DNA of 64,000 nucleotides from Lingula anatina (Eukaryota > Animalia > Brachiopoda). This document shows, in pieces, positions 42,610-53,562 of this stretch. How positions within the stretch are numbered: position 1 is the stretch's first letter; each line of letters begins with the position of its first letter. Under the pieces are notes generated by a model that saw only the letters and a list, made by a program, of their open reading frames with translations, had not been told where the DNA came from and searched no databases. The stretch covers positions 15,762,567 through 15,826,566 of the forward strand of contig CM120649.1 in the NCBI GenBank assembly GCA_051362555.1, written 5' to 3'. Made by a program: the position numbers and the translations under genes.

Positions 42610-45380
42610 ATGACTACAGCTGCGCGTCCAACATTTGAGCCAGCGCGGGGAGGGACTGGGAAAGGAGAAAGGGATCTCGGTGCTTTGTCCAAACAGTATT
42701 CCAGCAGAGATTTACCATCACATACTAAACTCAAGTACAGGTAAGGTGTAGCTTGGTTGAAATATTTAATCATCTTGTAAAAATATTGGATTTGTTTTCT
42801 TGTTTCCTATTAGAAATAATTTAATACCAGTTCTACCAAAAAAAGCAGCTGTGCTGTTGACAACAAAATTCATGAATTGTACTAATCATTTTTACTGATT
42901 AAAAACATTAAAAAACTGATTGCATAATTTTAACTTTTATATTATGTATACACACATACAAATAGATGCAAGATGATCCATTTTAGCTATTAAAATTCCC
43001 TTCAGTTCCTTCAGTAACTTTGAGTACATTATGTGGTACATATTGTAAATTGTGGTAGTTGAGACATCATCATATACATTTAGATGGTATTGAAGTGAGT
43101 GATTGTTCTATAGGTATTAGGAAACATTTTTAAGAAGGCAGTTTTTAAGTGCTGCTTGTGGCAATAACTTTGTTAAAGGAATATTTAGTTCACTTCTGTG
43201 TACTTTCCCCGATCCTGAAAGGAATAAAGCACAATGTGTTTTGTAATTTGTGCCAGTAACTTTGTAATAGGTGAAATGTTCTGTCCCCTCTTCCCTCTTC
43301 TTTAATGGAAAAGTCAGTGTGTTAGTTGTGACAGTGATTGTGTTGATACACATCATGCTGTATTTCAGACAAGATGGCCAGAACACAGCTGATGACCTGC
43401 GCAGCCGTGATTTCCGCAGCCATTTGGAGGAGAGGGAGAGAGCAGCGCGGGAAAAGAGAGACAGAGATAGGGGGAGAGGTGAGGAACATGTAAAACATAT
43501 TTAATTTTAAAAAAGTGTATGAACCTATAATAATGATGGTGATGAGGAAGGTGATATAAGAAACTGATAGGATGACATTGGGAATTGTTAAATGAAATAT
43601 TTCAATATATTTTTATCGGTTGGTCAGATATCGTTTTAGTTGTGAGCATTTTAAAAACTGAACTTAGTTTGCAAAAATTCGGATCAAAATAAACTTTGTT
43701 TTCAAAAGTCTTACTAAAACACTGAGCACCCCTTATCATGACACAACACACTTCACACATCTTACCATGTAATAACTTATTGAAAATCTAATATATCCTC
43801 CTCATCAGAATATCATGTGGATAACAAGGGTATCTATTTGTATATACAGATAGCAGTAGCAGTAAGAGACCTAGACTAGATCAGATCCCAGCAGCAAACC
43901 TGGATGCAGATGATCCCATTGACGATGATGATGTGAGTTCGATATATTAAACTTATTCTTGTTTTATAGAAAAACCACTCTATGACTGCAATTCTTTCAT
44001 TTTGAAATGTTATATTAAATCACAACGGAGGTTATTTCAGTGATAAAAGCATTAATTCAGTCATTTAAATATAATATAAATGAGATATATATCATCAGAA
44101 AGTATTTCACTGTCTCAACAGTGAACTAAAAAGAAGTATAATACATAGAAACTGAGTCAAAAAGATCAGAAATGTGCTTGTTTAGAGAGAGAGATGGAGC
44201 CTGTTGACAAAAACTACTTTAAAACTTTGTCTGTAATTGCTGTTATCAATATTTCAGGATGAGGAAGAAGACAGCAGTGATGACGAGGATGATACAGCAG
44301 CACTGTTAGCTGAACTCCAGAAGATAAAGAAAGAAAGAGCCTCAGAGGCGGCCAAGAAGGCAAGTCTTTCTAAGATCAAGGGACATTAAATATTGATTAT
44401 TTTCAACTGCAGAAATAAAAGGATATATGTCGAATGCAGTTAATTGCGATTAGAAATCACTACTTTAAGCTTTTGCTTAATTAACAACCTAGTGCATACA
44501 GTGCGTTGATGAAAATTGATGAATTATTTTAGTTTTTAAATATTATGAAATATCACATGAATGAAAGTACAAAATTAAAGTACAGGTATTGTTTTTACTG
44601 ATTAATATATTGTGAAACATGATATGCATGGTGTGACCTTTGACCTGTGTATGTTACTATACCAGGAAGCTGAGCGTAAAGCAGAAGAGGAGCGCATCAG
44701 GATGGAGAACATCATCAAGGGAAATCCTCTACTCCATAACCAGGCGGACACTGCCAAGACAGACTTCAAAGTCAAAAGAAGGTTTGTTCACCACCAGTTA
44801 CCTCTGAAAAGAGAACCTCACTTTCTGGGGTCTAAAAATGAATTAAATAATTATTTCTAGTGATTTGCAATCATTTTCTGTGCATTTGATCACTTAAAGT
44901 TTTAAAGAGAGAAGTGTGGGTTATCAGCTGTGTATTGATCACACTGATGCAAGTGTAGTTCACCCCCTTTAAAGTGTGCATTGATAAATTTTATAATACA
45001 AATGGGATAACTTCCACTTTCTACTGCTCTAGTAAATAACATTTGCTAAATTAGTCATCTTTGAATTCTTTGTTAGCAATAATGAAAACTGCAATTCTTT
45101 TCTTGTTTAAATTGTGAAATTGCACCTGGGTTTAAAATATGTCACTAATAAGGTGAATCGGATATCTATATCAACCAAACAGGTAGATAATGTGTTAATT
45201 ACTTCTTTGACTTTAAAAATTTAATCAGTGTTAATCCACTGTTTCCATTCCAGATGGGATGATGATGTCGTATTCAAAAACTGTGCGAGAGGCGAAGAGG
45301 ACAAGAGCAAACGTGGCTTTATCAATGACTCCTTACGATCAGAATTCCACAAAAAATTCATGGAAAAGTACATCAAATGA
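42610..45380 (+). CDS. CWC15: Spliceosome-associated protein CWC15 (Cwf15/Cwc15 family); 6 coding exons, 669 nt, 222 aa
   Basis: Exons 42610-42740, 43369-43478, 43850-43932, 44258-44359, 44666-44781 and 45254-45380 join in frame. [15 protein letters not shown]...[90 protein letters not shown]. Confidence 0.97.
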
Positions 45381-46967
45381 CACGCTTTTTATATGGACTG
45401 CTTTAAATGGATTCAGTAGTAAATGAGGAGGAAAGGATACAGAGTCGCGTTTTAGAAGGAATTATTAAAACTGCATTTCACATTTAGCAATCTGATTTAC
45501 CCAAAAGGTGAACCATTTGTGATGAACTGCATCTTTTATAGGGATGCTTGCAGAGTGTGAGAATTGATGATAAAACATCGTTTTTAAGGCAAAGGATGGA
45601 TCTGTTGTGTTATGTCGGCAATTCTGGGTGTAACACACACAAGTTACGTGATTCTCAATAAGTCACTGAATCGTCTCGTGCAAGGAACATTTTCATTTTC
45701 ACAGACAAATATGATCGTGTAAACTGCAAAAGAGATTTCTTTTTCAAGTGCTAAATGTAAGACATTGTTCTGGATAGGGACTAAGAAAATATCACCAGAA
45801 TGTTGATAATACAGGAGATTAAGTAAATTAGAGGAACACTTTCGTTTTAGTGACGATTTCATAAATGCGCCAGTGGAAACAATGATCCCTGATAATATTT
45901 CAACTGTTTGTATAGAATCTTTACACACTAGGTCTATGAAGTAAAGGTGGCGTTATTTTAAAGAAGTGATTGAGACTTCAATTTTTATAATGAATTATAA
46001 TATAAATTTGATAAGTGTTGTGTTCTGTCTATATCAAGTCACTTGATCAACCGGTAAGCAGAAGGGACATTATATTAACAATTACAAAGTAAGCTTTTTA
46101 ACCCAACGCGAACCACAAACAGCTTGCTCCGATTTTTCTTTAATGTTTATGCAAAATAAAATCAAATCTTAAAACTTTCCGAGAAAAGACAACGTGATAG
46201 TTTATCATGAAATAATACGAAAACCAAAAGCCATTTGAAGCTATATATTGCGACCTTTACTTCAATATGTTCACGTTCAACAAGATTTAACCAATTTTGA
46301 CATGATTGCGATTTTAATTTGCGCTATATGCAGCGTAACACTAAATCAGGAATGTTTTAACTGTAATATGCAGATAGGGTCTCATCCCTGACTTACGATA
46401 TCACATATCTTATAAAAACAAATTCCACTTAAATATCTATCTTAATATCATTCAAATGATTAATCTTAAGTAAAACAGATATACGTAGAAAGTGCAAGGT
46501 TTCGCATATTACCAAGATTCTAGATCTGATATTGTTGAAATAATAAAATGTAAGCATGTATGATTACAAATCACAGTCACAGCGATTGTTAAAGAATTGT
46601 GAACATGATTGTTTCTTTCTTTTTTTTTTTTTTTTTTCGCTTCTGTCGTAAATTTCTTTATAACGCTAACGTCCAACGTTTAAATCATGACCTCGAACAG
46701 TTTTGTAAAGCTCACTTTACACTAGATTTTGTAGGCTACTCTACATTTTAAAAAATATAACCCCGTGGTAATTTGATTTCGCCGGACAATTTCTATTTAA
46801 TAAATCCAAATTTTAATGAACACCGCGGGCATATAAACGATGCAATTGTGACCAAAACATTTAATTTGTGCCCTAGACTTGAAAAGAGTATATTTGTTTT
46901 CAGAATAAACAAAAAGCAGTTCTTTTTAACAATATATATACACATAATGCGAGTATCATCTCTGCTT

Positions 46968-47969
46968 CTATTTCACTTCATTGGTCTCAATAAAGTTCAA
47001 CTTTTTCTTTTCGGTCTGCTTCTTTAGACCGACTTTAGAGGGCGCTCTGAGCAGTCCCAGGACCTGGCCGCTCCCATCCCGCGCCTTACAGTACCCCCCA
47101 CTGCCACACACAGGGTAGTTGGTGGGACAACACCGGTTGTCAGGACAACAGATGGGAAACTCCAGCTTGCAGCAGTGCTGGTCCGGGGCGCCGCAACATA
47201 CCGGGTAATCCTTTGGACAGCAGTGCTGATCCGGGGCACAGCACGCGCCGTCCGCTAGGGGGCAGCACCAACTCTCGGTCAGGTTCTTCTTGACGTAGCC
47301 GAGGAACGGCATCGTGTAGGAGCAGCATTTGGTGTTCAGGCCACAGCAGGCACTGGAAATCGGGCACTGGCTGGGGTAGCTGCCGAAACACGGGCAGCCC
47401 AGACGGATGTGTCCTGACAACTCCAAACACCTAGAAGCAGTGTCGTAGTCTTGGCAGTACTTGGTCAGCATTAAGTCGTCCGCGGCGCCCTGCCAGTTGT
47501 TGACCCGGAAGTACCCGAGGAAAACCGTGAAAGTGGCTAGTTTCGTCCCGCCCAAATTGTACGCCATGTCAACCACGGCATTCTGGACAGGACAGCACAA
47601 GCTTGGGAAGTTAGACATCAGTCTGGAGGCGTCCATTAGTGCCTGTTTGACTGAATAATTAAAAAGACCCTCAATCTGGGTGTCATTCAGGCAGACGACT
47701 TTGCTGCAGTCGCATGTCTGATCTACGGGCGTTGAAGCACCGTTGAAAATCTTGTTAAAATCTGCTCCGACGGACGCTAAGGCTTGCTGTGCACCCTGGA
47801 GCTGCAGGTTAAAACCTATCCCGATTGTCTTGATCCCCCGTGTGTCCTTGTACATGCATTTCCTGGTCCCCTCGTGGCGTCTGATCATTGGCTTGGGGTC
47901 ACATGACTGGACAGGCGAGTCCAGTGTGACTATCGCCACCACTATTGTTATCCGTATGAAGAGATTCAT
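46968..47969 (-). CDS. Secreted phage-type (T4-like, GH24) lysozyme fused to a C-terminal granulin-like Cys-rich module, 333 aa, single coding exon
   Basis: Signal-peptide-like MNLFIRITIVVAIVTLDSPVQS, then IRRHEGTRKCMYKDTRGIKTIGIGFNL (T4 lysozyme: [27 protein letters not shown]) with the E-x8-D-x5-T triad; AVVDMAYNLG and NWQGAADDL match the T4 C-lobe; tail WCCPLADGACC..D.HCCPKDYPVC. Confidence 0.88.
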   Translation of the reverse strand: MNLFIRITIVVAIVTLDSPVQSCDPKPMIRRHEGTRKCMYKDTRGIKTIGIGFNLQLQGAQQALASVGADFNKIFNGASTPVDQTCDCSKVVCLNDTQIEGLFNYSVKQALMDASRLMSNFPSLCCPVQNAVVDMAYNLGGTKLATFTVFLGYFRVNNWQGAADDLMLTKYCQDYDTASRCLELSGHIRLGCPCFGSYPSQCPISSACCGLNTKCCSYTMPFLGYVKKNLTESWCCPLADGACCAPDQHCCPKDYPVCCGAPDQHCCKLEFPICCPDNRCCPTNYPVCGSGGYCKARDGSGQVLGLLRAPSKVGLKKQTEKKKLNFIETNEVK

Positions 47970-49198
47970 CGTGTCCGTGGTCTGGAATAGAGATCGATGA
48001 AAATTATAGAGTCCGAAATCAATTTTAAGAGAAGACAAAAAAGAGTGAGAGAGTAAAAACATTTCCCTTTTTGTTTCCTGCAAGGTACATATGACTCATG
48101 TGCGTATGTCCTGTAATTAGCTGCTTTCGTTCCCCAATATAAGGTTATTGTAAACATTGTTGATGGAATAACCTTTTTAGAAAGAGGGTGGTAAAATGCC
48201 AAAAGCCTCCCTCCCCCTGTTGCAGTGAAACATTACTCATACTGCCCATGATTAAAATAATACAAAATAATATCTCCAGGGCGGTGTGACTCGTTCGTTT
48301 CATGGCCAGACCAGCGGAGACAGAGTGTGCTCTTAAGGCCCATAATTATATATATATAAAATAATGCCATTCTAGTATGATGATATAAACACGGAAAATG
48401 GTCCCAAACTTGCGATTGTAATGAAAGAAAACATAACGACGACTTTTAATCATCTAGTTATCTCTATTTCTCAGTATCACTAGCTAGTTTCTAACACTAC
48501 TGCCAAACAGACGTCGTTAGAGGTGTTTTTGCGAAAAGAAGACGAATAAGATGTAAGTTTTGATAGGCAGAAAAGTTGAACATTATTGTCCATACTGATA
48601 AGATCAAATTACACGTTAACACAAACACACAGGAACAGACGTCTTTAGCGTATGGAAATCTATTTTTATGCCTTTTATAATTTTTTCATTACACACTGGA
48701 TGGATCATTATCATTAAAACTGCAGCGCCCACGTCGCGTATAGCTGTGAAATTCGTAGCGAGTGATATATAGGAACTCATCACAATGGGCATAAAGGGAT
48801 CGATTGCTTACGGATCGATTGGTCATTTATTTATTTTATATATTATGTTTCAAAGTTTTGATGTAGCCTGTCATATTTGAGACTGACTATTGTACTTGCC
48901 CTCAAACGAACTGCACCAGGGCTTATGTAGGCCTTACCACGTTTCCCCATCAGACTGTCTTACCATGCGTTACGTTAACCTGTTATGTTTGTTATTGGCA
49001 AAACAAATCTGGGTCACACGCAACACTTGATCATGAACAAACGACTATGCTAGCAAACGCTCTAGATCGACTTTTAAACCTGCTCAGAATCCGGTGTGAT
49101 TGATGTCATTTTTGGTACTTAACTGTCCTAAAGTACACCTCAATCTTCATAGGCTCTGTACAAAATGACCAAGGCTTATAGGGTCTTATATGTCTTAC

Positions 49199-49291
49199 CT
49201 AAGCGTTAACAGGTGAGCGTCGGCAGGACTAGACAGCCAGCGTACTCAGTCGAAGAATGAAATTGCCAGCACACGGGGGCGAGATTAAATA
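49199..49291 (-). promoter_or_regulatory. Putative core promoter and non-coding first exon of the lysozyme gene (5'-UTR intron 47982-49198)
   Basis: On the - strand: TATTTAA at 49291-49285, Inr-like TCATTC at 49260-49255, donor AG|gtaaga at 49198; acceptor ctattccag at 47982, 12 nt before the ATG. Confidence 0.5.
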
Positions 49292-50412
49292 CTTAAAACT
49301 GGAACACCAAACTCTCCACCCTCAAGGCTAGATCTTCTTCACCTGCACACACCTGCTACTGTAGCTGCGACTTCCGCGTCTCGTGCGCTGTTGACTCCCT
49401 TTGTGTCAGGTGTGTTGTTGACCCTGGGTTTCGTTCACGGTCACATGCTCCCAAGTGAGGAGCCTTAAGTCTGTGCTTGACTCACAGGCGGTAATATGAA
49501 TGACGTAGTTATACCGCTACCGTATGCTACGGAAATATGAGAGAGAGGGAGAGAGAGAGATATGTCATTATAGTACAAATAGCCAAGTGTAGATACATTA
49601 TACATACGATAATGATCACTTTCATGTGAAAAAAGTAAACAATGCCACTGTACGGATGACCAAGAAGTTATAACTTCTTGGGATGACTAATATCAAGGAG
49701 TTATAACAGAAGGTTCTGTTATAACTCCTTGCTAATATATACTAGTCAAGGCACAGAGTATTACTACATGGAGAAAGTATTGGGTTATCATTTATCGGTT
49801 TTCTTGTTTGTACAGTTGCACTGTCGATAATTATATCATTTTTGAAAAAAAAGTACTTTGCTACGTCTGACCGGATCCATATGTAGACGTGTTAATGCAC
49901 AGGCAAACTCCTGGCTTTGAAAAAAATATAGAGAACGAATGGTTATAAGAGTACGGTGGAAAATGAGGCGTGAAAGTCCGCATTGACTGAACCAGGTTGG
50001 AAGATCCTTAATGTACTGTACGACTGTGATGTGCAGCATTAAACAAGATCGATTGCGAGATATTTATTTGATTTATTTAAATCATTACACTAACTTCACA
50101 TCAACTTCGATCCCCAAATTAATAGACGACTTTCGTTGTTTTTGAATGCACATAATTACCCTTTGTATGCCGGAAGATAACAACTTGGTTTTGAATAAAT
50201 GAAAAATTAATGAATGCATAAAACACTTCTTTTATGCTATAAAATCAAAATCCTGGATATCATCTTATTACCATTAAACTGAAACACCTGTGGCAATATG
50301 ACGTTGTGATAAATTTACAAACATAAGTATCCGCCAGTCTGCTTAATTCACTTCGCCCACCATGGCAGCGGACAGCATGGTCGAAGACACCAGTCAAACG
50401 TCATCAATAAGC

Positions 50413-50579
50413 ATACTTACCTGGCACAGAAGTTAACCGTGATCATTAAGGCGGTTCTTCATTAGCGAGGCCTCACCATTGCACAATACGGTTTGGCTGA
50501 CCTGATCGATTACCCCAAATAGGGGTAACTCGGGTGCGCAATTTTTTATTGTGGGGGACTGCGTTCGCGCTATCCCCTG
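50413..50579 (+). ncRNA. U1: U1 snRNA (variant), copy 1
   Basis: ATACTTACCTGG 5' end, stem-loop II loop ATTGCAC, stem-loop III, U-rich Sm-like site, stem-loop IV GGGGACTGCG-TTCG-CGCTATCCCC; 167 nt. Confidence 0.95.
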
Positions 50580-50921
50580 ATTATGAAATCAAAATCAATC
50601 CACTAATCTTCCTCTGAGGTATCACCAACAAAACTAATATCTCACTCATTTTAAGTCAATAGATTTTAGTCGGAGATTCCACGTAAACAGTGCATTTCGC
50701 CTTGACTAAAGATCCTTTATGAATGACTGTGATGTGCAACATAACACAAGATACGATACGGCATACATTGTACATGCATGCTTGTGATCGCGGGGTATTT
50801 AATTGGTTCTGCATTGTGGGCTTCCTCTCGCCATATTACACATCTTTGTCCCCATTGGCTGGTTGTCTACAGTGATCGTAGACACTTTGATTGGCCAAAA
50901 GTCTACAGTTACTGTAGACGT

Positions 50922-51789
50922 TTAATAATAATAATAATAATAAGATTCTTACATGGCGCCTTACATTCTATCTCAAGGCGCCTTACAATAATGGCTAATA
51001 TACTAAAATCATTAAAATGACTACAATATTTTAATCATAAACTCTCATTGGAAACCATTTAAAATTTACACTACTAAAAATCAATCTTATTAAAAAAAAA
51101 ACATATATATATTAAAATAAAATCTAAGAGATATAGACAGAATTAAAAAAGTGGGTCTTTAAAAGAGATTTAAAATTGTCAAAGTCTTCTGTTTTCCTAA
51201 TAAAATTTGGTAGACCATTCCACACTTTTGGGGCGTAGATCATAAAAGCACGATCTCCATAACTTTTTAGGCACCCCTTCTCTAAAACAGAATGTTCTAA
51301 AATAAAATCATTCTCAGTATTAAAACGTGTGGACCGCCGTGGTAAGTTAAAACGGATAAGATCAGATAAATATAATGGTCCTTGTGAATGGATCGCCTTA
51401 AAAATAATACAGAGTACTTTAAAATCAATCCTCTGCTTCACAGGCAGCCAGTGTAATTCTTTCAGAATGGGAGTGATATGGTGTGTACTATTGTACTTAA
51501 TTTGACAAACCAGTCTTGCAGCTGAGTTTTGAATAACTTGTAACTTTTTAATCTGATAGTCACAAATACCAAAGAGACTATTGCAGTAATCTAATCTTGA
51601 TGATATAAATGCATGTACTAATTTTTCAGTGGTTTTGTTATCTAACACTTTCCTTATTTTTCCAATGCGCCATAGTGCATAAGATGCTGATTTACACACT
51701 TCAGATACACGCTTGCCCATAGTGCCATTTTCATCGAGGGTAACTCCCAGATCTTTTACAGAACTAGATGGTTTTATAAGAACATCTCC
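50922..51789 (-). mobile_element. 5'-truncated L2-clade (CR1 group) LINE: ORF2 C-terminus, 3' UTR and (TTA)n tail
   Basis: ORF 51124-51720 LVHAFISSRLDYCNSL...LQVIQNSAARLV...HITPILKELHWLPV...GDRAF...FKSLLKTHFF; tail at about 50924-50943; inserted in the spacer of U1 unit 1. Confidence 0.9.
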
Positions 51790-52246
51790 TAACCAAGGGA
51801 ATGCCGTTGAACGTAGACTATTACCGCTCCACGAGTGCTTTTTATTGTAAAAGAGCTTCTAATATGGGGAAATTGTACACATTCTGTTCGAAGGCCGTTT
51901 GAGATGAAAAAACCATTACACTCACTACACACCAACTTCGATCCCCAAGTAAATACGACGACTTTCGTTATTTTTGAATGTACATAATTACCCTTTGTAT
52001 GCCGGAAGATAACAACTTATTTGACATATGGTTTTGAATAAATGAAAAATTGAAAGCCACCTCTTTTATGTTATAAAATCAAAATCCTGGATATCGTCTT
52101 ATTACCATTATACTGAAACACCTGTGGCAATATGACGTTTTGATAAATTTACAAACATAAGTATCCGCCAGTCTGCTTAATTCACTTCGCCCACCATGGC
52201 AGCGGACAGCATGGTCGAAGACACCAGTCAAACGTCATTAATAAGC

Positions 52247-52413
52247 ATACTTACCTGGCACAGAAGTTAACCGTGATCAATAAGGCGGTTCTTCATTAGC
52301 GAGGCCTCACCATTGCACAATACGGTTTGGCTGACCTGATCGATTACCCCAAATAGGGGTAACTCGGGTGCGCAATTTTTTATTGTGGGGGACTGCGTTC
52401 GCGCTATCCCCTG
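52247..52413 (+). ncRNA. U1: U1 snRNA (variant), copy 2
   Basis: As copy 1; stem-loop I loop GATCAATAAG. Confidence 0.95.
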
Positions 52414-53174
52414 ATTATGAAATCAAAATCAATCCACTAATCTTCCTCTGAGGTATCGCCAACAAAACTAATATCTCACTCATTTTTAGTCAATAGATTT
52501 TAGTCGGAGATTCAACGTAAACAGTGCATTTCGCCTTGACTAAAGATCCTTTATGAATGACTGTGATGTGCAACATTACACAAGATACGATACGGCATAC
52601 ATTGTACGTGCATGCTTGTGATCGCGGGGTATTTAATTGGTTCTGCATTGTGGGCTTCCTCTCGCCATGTGACACATCTTTGTCCCAATTGGCTGGTTGT
52701 CTACAATGGTCGTAGACTCCAAACTCTGATTGACCAAGAGTCTGCAGTTCCAATGGAATGCCGTTTTATTATGAAAGAGCGTCCAATATGGGGAAATTGT
52801 GCACATTCTGTTTGAAGGCTGTTTGAGGTGAAAATACATTACACTCATTTCACACTAACTTCGATCCCCAAGTTAACACGACGACTTTCGTTATTTTTGA
52901 ATGTACATAATTACCCTTTGTATGCCGGAAGATAACTTATAAGACATATGGTTTTGAATAAATGAAAAATTAATGATTGCATCTAACACTATTTTTTGTT
53001 ATAAAATCAAAATCCTGGATAGCGTTTTATTACCATTATACTGAAACACCTGTGGCAATATGACGTTTTGATAAATTTACAAACATAAGTATCCGCCAGT
53101 CTACTTAATTCATTTCGCCCACTATGGCAGCGGACATTATGGTAGAAGACACCAGTCAAACGTCGTTAATAAGC

Positions 53175-53341
53175 ATACTTACCTGGCACAGAAGTCAACC
53201 GTGATCATTTAGGCGGTTCTTCATTAGCGAGGCCTTACCATTGCACAATACGGTTTGGCTGACCTGATCGATTACCCCAAATAGGGGTAACTCGGGTGCG
53301 CAATTTTTTATTGTGGGGGACTGCGTTCGCGCTATCCCCTG
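53175..53341 (+). ncRNA. U1: U1 snRNA (variant), copy 3
   Basis: As copy 1 with a few substitutions; stem-loop I loop GATCATTTAG. Confidence 0.93.
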
Positions 53342-53562
53342 ATTATAAATCAAAGTCAATCCTTTCATCTTCCTCTAAGGCATCACTAACAAAACCAATA
53401 TTTCATTCATTTTTTGTCAGTAGATTTTGGTTGGAGATTCCACGTAGACATTGCATTGCGCATATTGACTGCCCCAGGAGGAAGGATCCTTTCTGTAAGT
53501 CTGTGATGTGCAGGAATACACAAGATACGATACGACATACATTGTATATATATATATATATA

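Larger units (their letters stand above)
50020..53545 (+). repeat. Tandem array of U1-containing units of about 928 bp (3 units)
   Basis: Copy 2 to copy 3 spacing is 928 bp; spacer blocks such as aacttcgatcccca, tacccttt-gtatgccggaagataac and gatacgatacg recur in each unit. Confidence 0.9.

Noticed and set aside
46968-47969. Higher GC content as proof of horizontal transfer
   Set aside because: Native exons in this window (for example 3403-3660 and 10545-10681) are similarly GC-rich relative to introns.
47970-48083. N-terminal 38-aa extension of the lysozyme ORF in the ORF track
   Set aside because: Starts at a non-ATG codon in pyrimidine-rich intron sequence upstream of a splice acceptor; the signal peptide begins at ATG 47969.
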